A DNA stretch of 63,940 nucleotides, counting the filler, from Globobulimina sp. (taxonomy: Eukaryota): NCBI GenBank assembly GCA_003354225.1. It is 29 parts of 29 records of this genome, joined end to end, with 100 filler letters (N's around TTAATTAATTAA, not from the genome) between each part and the next. Parts side by side here need not be neighbours in the genome. Positions count along the whole stretch, not along the records: positions 57,423 to 59,528 come from PIVH01008928.1; positions 59,629 to 61,734 come from PIVH01008929.1; positions 61,835 to 63,940 come from PIVH01008930.1; 26 more parts are not named here. One strand, written 5' to 3'. The position numbers and the translations under genes are program-made. This document shows positions 57,425 to 63,940 of the stretch, piece after piece. The notes beneath the pieces were generated by a model. The model saw only the letters and a list, made by a program, of their open reading frames with translations. It had not been told where the DNA came from and searched no databases. Within the stretch, counting starts at the first letter, position 1, and the number at the start of each line of letters is the position of its first letter.

Positions 57425-59116
57425 ACAGTGAACAAAATAGTTTCTAAATTTAATTTTGAGCTCAAAACATCGGAATCATTATGCAAACCATCAGATATTA
57501 AACATGGCTGTTTCCAAATAATCCAAAAAGATAAATTTCATATTATCAACATTTATGGCAACAATATAGCTTCAATTATATCCGGATTAAGTTATTATTT
57601 ATCAACATTTTGGATGGTATCAATTTCGTGGAACGGTAACAATATAAACTGTTTATTGGATGGCAAATATTTACAGAATGTGAGTGCTCAATGGCCAAAT
57701 GACATAATTTACGCACGGCGCAATTTCCAATATACATATTATAAAAATCCATGCACTGATTCATATTCAATGGTGTGGTGGGATTGGAATCGATGGCAAA
57801 AGGAATTGGATTGGATGGCATTGCAAAATATAAATTTATTACTCTTACCAAAATTGAATGAATTGATTGAATACCAACTATATACAAAACATTTTGGTTT
57901 AACTCATGATGACTTGGCGCAATATTTTGTCGGACCTGCATTTTTAGCTTGGTTTCGCATGGGAAATCTCAGAGGTTGGCCACCATTTATTGCTGCAAAT
58001 GAGAATAATAAGCGACTGCTGGGTTTGTCACAACATTGGTTCAAACAGCAATTAATTCTGACATACAAAATTATTGCCCGATGCATTGAATTTGGAATTG
58101 ATATAATTTTGCCTGCATTTTCCGGCCATGTTCCTGCTGCGTTTGCTGAGAAATATAAAAAAAAAGGAAATTTTTACGATGGCTCGCGATGGTTTGGTAT
58201 GCCCAATGAATTGACACATTTAAAGTTCTTAGACGCAACGCATGATTTCTATGTGGAGATTGGCTTAAAATATCAAAAGATTCAATATGACATTTTATAT
58301 CCATTTATGAACAGTAAAAACAGTAAAAACACAATATTTTTCTGGTTGGATCAATATAACGAATTAACTCCAAAATCATCGGAATTAAAATATTTACAAA
58401 AGTCTGGCGAGAATCAATTGAAATCTTTGAAATTGAAAGAATATGGAAACATTAACATAAAATGGATAGTTCAGGGCTGGATGTTTGTTCATATGCGAAG
58501 TTATTGGAATAATGAACGGATTAAAAGTTATTTTGCTGGGATTGAGAGTGATAATGTTTTAATTCTTGACTTAATTGCAGAGAAAGGATCGATTGCAAAA
58601 GACTCGAATAACTTTTTTGGTCATGACTATATTTGGTGTTTTCTGCATAATTTTGGCGGTGGGCATGGATTATCGGGGAATATGCAAAATATATTTAATA
58701 CGTTATCAGTAAAACAAAACAAATATTGGAAAGGAATTGGAGTATCAATGGAGGGAATACATAATAATCCGATATTATATCATTCTGTTTTATATCATTC
58801 ATATTCTCATTCAGAACTAGATAATAAAATGGATTTATATCATTTATTTATTAGACAATACGTATCATCGCGATATGGCAAATATATATTTGATGCGGAT
58901 TCAAATGAAATATTGTTAATATGGAATGAATTAATTGCATTAATTTACAAATCACCAAATGGGAAATGGAGTGTTACGCGTTCGTTAATTGTAAAACGGC
59001 CAAATAAAAGAATTGTTTCTGGTGCTTCAGAATTTAAATTTATTGCTCCTAAATTAAAAGTTATAATTAGTAACATAAAAGGAGCAAGAAGTATATATGA
59101 AAGAAAGTATATTTAA
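57425..59116 (+). CDS. NAGLU: Alpha-N-acetylglucosaminidase (GH89), 5' partial, C-terminal domain mostly missing
   Basis: YYKNPCTDSYSMVWWDWNRWQKELDWMAL, GPAFLAWFRMGNL, LPAFSGHVP, DQYNE, QGWMF, WCFLHNFGG, MEGI..NP. Confidence 0.92.
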   Translation, partial: TVNKIVSKFNFELKTSESLCKPSDIKHGCFQIIQKDKFHIINIYGNNIASIISGLSYYLSTFWMVSISWNGNNINCLLDGKYLQNVSAQWPNDIIYARRNFQYTYYKNPCTDSYSMVWWDWNRWQKELDWMALQNINLLLLPKLNELIEYQLYTKHFGLTHDDLAQYFVGPAFLAWFRMGNLRGWPPFIAANENNKRLLGLSQHWFKQQLILTYKIIARCIEFGIDIILPAFSGHVPAAFAEKYKKKGNFYDGSRWFGMPNELTHLKFLDATHDFYVEIGLKYQKIQYDILYPFMNSKNSKNTIFFWLDQYNELTPKSSELKYLQKSGENQLKSLKLKEYGNINIKWIVQGWMFVHMRSYWNNERIKSYFAGIESDNVLILDLIAEKGSIAKDSNNFFGHDYIWCFLHNFGGGHGLSGNMQNIFNTLSVKQNKYWKGIGVSMEGIHNNPILYHSVLYHSYSHSELDNKMDLYHLFIRQYVSSRYGKYIFDADSNEILLIWNELIALIYKSPNGKWSVTRSLIVKRPNKRIVSGASEFKFIAPKLKVIISNIKGARSIYERKYI

Positions 59117-59343
59117 TTTAAAAGAATAATGGGTCAGTTACAGCTTAATTAAACAAACGGGAAAAGTTAATATTATTTATAAATAATATTGAAATAGAAA
59201 AGAAAGGAAATAGTATTCAACGACAGAAAGAAACTATTTCTTAAATCCCATTTGCCCGCGTGTAACGTGAGAAAAATTTCAATGGAGCCTGGAATGTGAA
59301 GAAATTTTTTAAAGGCAAACCATTGATTTGGAAATCTACATAA

Positions 59344-59526
59344 TTAACGTTGGCGACGTCTTATTTTCTTATTTTTAATCTTCTGAAAGCAAAATTTGCG
59401 GTCTTCCATCAAATGATATTTAATGGTGTTGTTGGCGATTTCCTTGGGACCACGGACGACTGTCAGGTCAGATATATTCTGACGTTCAGCAACACTGAGC
59501 AATTCTGGCATTGAAAGATTTAAGTT
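59344..59526 (-). CDS. 3' fragment of a hypothetical protein
   Basis: NLNLSMPELLSVAERQ...KKIRRRQR*, open from the contig edge. Confidence 0.4.
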   Translation of the reverse strand, partial: NLNLSMPELLSVAERQNISDLTVVRGPKEIANNTIKYHLMEDRKFCFQKIKNKKIRRRQR

Positions 59527-59629
59527 ACNNNNNNNNNNNNNNNNNNNNNNNNNNNNNNNNNNNNNNNNNNNNTTAATTAATTAANNNNNNNNNNNNNNNN
59601 NNNNNNNNNNNNNNNNNNNNNNNNNNNNT

Positions 59630-60049
59630 TATGTAAATAGGGAGAGGAGGGATAGAGACAGGGACAGAGAGCATGGAGGTAGGGAGCGAGACAGAGACAG
59701 AGAGCATAGGGATCATAGGGAGCGCCGCGGCGATTACAACAAGGATTTGGATCGGTCGCCGCGTGCTTCTCCGCGTGGTTCGAGGGGCAGAGGGTCGCAG
59801 CAACGGAAGAATGGCGCATCGCAGTCGCCGACGAGAGGCGCACAGTCTCCTTTGGCTCAGAATGGAAAGGTCAATATGGAAAATATTAAGAATGAAGATA
59901 CGAAAGGGAGGCCTGAGAGGACTGAGAAACGCGATTCGAGGTCGAAATCGCCGCATTATCAAAGCAATGGACGTCGCAGATCTCGAAGCCCGACGCCCAC
60001 GAATAGGAAAAGAAGCGTTTCGCGATCGAAGTCTCCGCATTCTCATTGA
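59630..60049 (+). CDS. C-terminus of RD/RS-rich (SR-like) protein, 5' partial
   Basis: RDRDRE repeats and RSRSKSP motifs. Confidence 0.7.
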   Translation, partial: YVNRERRDRDRDREHGGRERDRDREHRDHRERRGDYNKDLDRSPRASPRGSRGRGSQQRKNGASQSPTRGAQSPLAQNGKVNMENIKNEDTKGRPERTEKRDSRSKSPHYQSNGRRRSRSPTPTNRKRSVSRSKSPHSH

Positions 60050-60386
60050 TGATATGTACGAATATTAAAAATCTCAAAGTGATTTAAATAAAATTAAATA
60101 ACATTGTTTTTTTTTTTGAAAATGAAATGTTTTGTAATTGTTGGTTTTGGGTTTTAAAAGCAATCAATTTAATTCAATGCAAAATAAATGTTGAAATGCT
60201 ATGGTCAGTCTCTCCTTGCACTAATTTTAAAGCATAAAAAAATCATAAAACCCGATGCAATTTGGAGTATTTTGGACATAAAAATCGTTTCTCTGCAATT
60301 TTTTTTGAGGAAATGTAAATGTATAATTACAGTATAATATAAAGATACTACTAAAATTACAGTATAATAAAAAGTTTTTTTTCATC

Positions 60387-61734
60387 TCACACTGAAGTTA
60401 TCATCCGTTCATGAACCTTATCCAATATTTCTTTCAATGTCGCCTTCTTCCACTTAGGATTAAAGGTTCTGATGCAGCAAATCCACATAATATAACGGAA
60501 TATTGTTCGAAAGATCAATATGGACGAGATTGCAACAGAAATAACTGAGACAACAGACCAATTTCCAATTAACTGTCTATTTGTGATTTGAACAATTATT
60601 TGTGGCACTGTCTCTAAAATAGCTTCACTGAGCACCAAAAACTGAAATGATACCACAATATTCCGGTAGGTATCCACTTGATTGATATTTTGTTGATCTC
60701 TTTCCGCTTCTAATGGATGTCTGAATAATTTCGCTGGGAAATACCAAAAATACCAAAATAAACGGCTTAATTCAATGCTTTTAAACGGTAGGATCCTCAT
60801 TAAAAATAAACAGAAACCGATTACAAACAAAATACTAAAATACAGAAATTGCCACACATTGACTGAACAATATAACAATACATTGAGCACCAATATGATT
60901 GCAATAAATAAGCCAACCACAAACAATAAAATAACATACAATACAATAATAACTATAAAAGGGATGATTTTCAATATGTCATCATACCAAAATTCATCTT
61001 TATCAAAGAAATAAGAGCGGATTTTAGCGAATAGTATGATTTTATCTTTATTTCGTTTTACAACATCAATGGTTTTCACTCCACAGATATTGATCCAATA
61101 AAAATGATCTTGAAATTTCATCCAAACAATGAATGGAATAATTTGCACTCAACGATACAATAAAAATTGTTTCATCATACCATCGATCTACAGCAATAAC
61201 ACTTAAATCTGACAATAAATCAACATATCCCAACATTAAATAAGACCATATTCTCCATTCTTTGATTTTAAAAATAGGGTTTTTATCATCTTGTACTTGT
61301 TCCTCTGCTGATTCTCTCTTTCTTTTCCCATTCACATAAACAGAATAAGCGATATTTATCAACACCAACACTGACAAACACGCTGCCAATATTACAATGT
61401 TCTGAATCCCCCAACAAATACAAAAGTAACAAAATGTCTCTTCAGAACAAGGATTCAAATAAATGCATACATGTGCGACTCTGGCACCTCGACGTCTTGG
61501 TAGATATTCCAGACAGGCAAGGCTTGCACACCTAGAGAACGATCCACCCAGGCCAGAACTAGGGGGATGGATTCTGAAATATGAATGTTTACAGAAATGT
61601 CTCAATGCAGAAGCTGGTGCACTGAGCCCACCCCAGCATCCGGTCGGAACCAAAGGGATGAATTCAGAAATGTGAATGTTTTCAGATATGTCCCAAATAC
61701 AAAAAACTTTTGCCTCAATGACCAGGTTGATTAA
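60387..61734 (-). pseudogene. LRR-like + Cys-rich + multi-pass (XK-like) membrane protein gene with several frameshifts
   Basis: Two copies of DIS(E/V)NIHISE(F/S)IP in different frames; YVDLLSD; EAILETVPQIIVQ; frameshift near 61149. Confidence 0.55.
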
Positions 61735-61834
61735 NNNNNNNNNNNNNNNNNNNNNNNNNNNNNNNNNNNNNNNNNNNNTTAATTAATTAANNNNNNNNNN
61801 NNNNNNNNNNNNNNNNNNNNNNNNNNNNNNNNNN

Positions 61835-62718
61835 GCAGAACAACATAAATTTGTCTGTTTATCTTCCATAATTTGCAACATTTTTTGTGCGATTTTATTT
61901 GAACATAAATGGCTTCTTTCTTTAAATGATAATCTTTTCGATTTCAGTTTTTGTTGGGTGGAAACTTTGGATTTTACGGATTTATTTTCTTGTAAAAATT
62001 GGTTAACTTTATTGGTTGTTTTCGAATCAATTTTGTTATATTTGGATAATATTTGCAACATTGTTGAGATGGTGTAACAGGAATATAAATCAATATTATT
62101 ATTGCTTAAATTTTCTTTGCCGCCTTGTTGTCTGTCAATTAATACGACTGCGGATCGTACATTTAATCCAACTTTATTTAATTCGTCGACCGTCTCCAAA
62201 ACACTGGTTCCCGATGTTACTAAGTCTGCAAATAAAGGGAGTGCAAGGATTTATTATTCAAATATATATATATAGGAATTTCGGATACCTTCAATAATTA
62301 AACATTGTTGGCCAGATTGAAAAACACCTTCAATAACTTTTTTGGTGCCGTAATTTTTAACTTCTTTCCGTCTCATTAACATTGGCTGATTGTGTTTAAC
62401 TGAGATGCAGGTCGCAATTGGTAACGCAGTGTATGGTACGCCGCAAATAACGTCATCTTTTAAATTACGAACTTGATCCCACATCAAATCGCTTATTTTC
62501 TGTAACAATGCAGGATATGATACAATGATACGTAAATCAATATAGATTGGTGATAATATTCCGGATTTTAATTTAAATTCACCAAATTTTACCGCTCCAA
62601 TATCAAATAGATTTAAAACAATATTTTCTATGACATTGTCACATGGTTTCGTCGGAATGGTGGATATCGTATTTAATAAGTTATCAATGCCCTGTAAGAT
62701 AGGGAAGATAGCGGTCAT
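61835..62718 (-). CDS. UMPS: Bifunctional UMP synthase (OPRT followed by start of OMP decarboxylase), intron 62226-62288, 3' partial
   Basis: [52 protein letters not shown] across the splice, KQTNLCCS. Confidence 0.93.
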
Positions 62719-62853
62719 TTGTTTTTGGAGTGTTGGAGAAAAAAAAATGTTTAATACTTTCAAGTGAAGTTGTTTTTGAATATGTTTAGCGATTATCTTC
62801 AGATCTCTTTGAACAAAGCAACGCAGATTGCAAAACGTGGCATTATCCAAACA

Positions 62854-63834
62854 TCACTCAATGTGTGCAGTAGTCCCTTCATTGTCTGCTACATTTTTAT
62901 TATTTTGTTTCAATTTAATCACATGATTCAATATCTTCATTTTGTGACCAATTTTATCAATTTCAATTGCTTTCAATGCTTCCATTGTTAATAGTGATGC
63001 CGTATATAGATCTTCAATCCCATTCTTTATAAATACATGATAATATTGTGGTAATTTGAGAGTGTCTTCAATCCATATTTTCAACTGTTGCTGTTCTGAA
63101 TAAATATTATTACTTAACGAGTTATTCATATTTTGTTTAATCAATTTTATTTCTTCCATTAACTTATCAATTCTATCATGACTGTTGTTTTTTTGTTCTT
63201 CATTTATATTTAATTCAAAATTATTCAGCTTTTGTTCCATTTTATCTATTCTTAAATTCAATTTTTCAAATTGTAATGCAATTGAGTCAAATTTTGATGC
63301 TATAAAATTCTCGTTTGGCGAACAAACATCATCAGTTTTGTTGTCATCTTTTTTTGAAAACTGTTCTGTAATTTTTTGTTTGTCATTTTTATCGTACACA
63401 GAAAGCAATTTTGCATCCCATTTAAATGATAATTCATCATATTTTTTAATATCGTCCAGTGTCAAAGTATAATCTGGCCATCCTGGTACCCGCTTTTCTG
63501 AAGAGTTATAATATATGCTCCTATGTGGATGTCGAATGGTTATTCCATTTTGCAACAATGAAAATTGATCCTTTATCTCAATTCTTGTCAATTCAGATGG
63601 GAATACTGACAGATTCACAAAAACTGTGAATAATCCTTGGTTCTGATAACTCGCACCATGAGGATATATTGACAAATACCAATTGAATCCAAGTAATGGA
63701 AAAATAGGACTATCAAACACCTGTTTATATTTAGCTGATTTAATTCGTTGTAGAAGTGTTGCGTCCGTTATCTTCCATACGTAAGACTCATAGCCATAAT
63801 CGTTTGCTGCATAGAATGTAAATAAATGCTTCAA
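62854..63834 (-). CDS. MATH + coiled-coil + SAM domain protein
   Basis: YVWKI...FDSPIF..LGFNWYLSIYPHG (MATH); LKLPQYYHVFIKNGIEDL...IDKIGHKMKIL (SAM). Confidence 0.85.
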   Translation of the reverse strand: MKHLFTFYAANDYGYESYVWKITDATLLQRIKSAKYKQVFDSPIFPLLGFNWYLSIYPHGASYQNQGLFTVFVNLSVFPSELTRIEIKDQFSLLQNGITIRHPHRSIYYNSSEKRVPGWPDYTLTLDDIKKYDELSFKWDAKLLSVYDKNDKQKITEQFSKKDDNKTDDVCSPNENFIASKFDSIALQFEKLNLRIDKMEQKLNNFELNINEEQKNNSHDRIDKLMEEIKLIKQNMNNSLSNNIYSEQQQLKIWIEDTLKLPQYYHVFIKNGIEDLYTASLLTMEALKAIEIDKIGHKMKILNHVIKLKQNNKNVADNEGTTAHIE

Positions 63835-63940
63835 ATATATATTAGTTGCTGCAGAAGTACTGAACTCATGCTCAACATCACACCAATTTTTTCTTGAAGT
63901 TTTAAATTTTACTCTAGCGAAAATTGGGATTCAAAATGTC

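Noticed and set aside
59219-59528. Ciliate-code (TAA=Gln) fragment
   Set aside because: Careful translation gives an ordinary standard-code C-terminus ending at 59344.
2111-61834. Regularly spaced TTAATTAATTAA as a CRISPR-like or biological repeat
   Set aside because: Always embedded in N44 padding; it is an assembly linker. ORF tails of X...N/LIN are artefacts.

Overview
This is not one locus. It is 29 unrelated short contigs (2110 down to 2106 bp, sorted by length) joined by 28 artificial 100-nt linkers (N44-TTAATTAATTAA-N44), so gene neighbourhood across a linker means nothing. Most contigs are AT-rich eukaryotic DNA with short GT-AG introns (about 55-145 nt) and expanded SAM, SPRY, ART-like, caspase-like and Pro/Thr-stalk families. 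I infer a foraminiferan (Rhizaria) single-cell or low-input assembly, with signs of amplification chimeras and many frameshifted genes. Foreign contigs are mixed in: a complete bacterial IS element, an intron-containing Polinton/Maverick capsid-protease module, and possibly a divergent UPF1-like helicase. Best leads: (1) a G-protein alpha C-terminus read in frame into a multi-pass membrane protein; (2) a Polinton major capsid gene with four spliceosomal introns; (3) recurrent near-perfect hairpins, two of them inside introns; (4) a stand-alone, membrane-anchored OvoA-type methyltransferase; (5) an E2-UBA-SAM-SAM protein with a displaced catalytic Cys; (6) an RBR ligase with a RanBP2 finger inserted in RING1; (7) an LTR retroelement 5' end with a tRNA-Leu primer binding site; (8) several pseudo-enzymes and a ZIP4/TEX11-like meiosis gene. 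All family calls come from motif recognition by eye; no searches were run.
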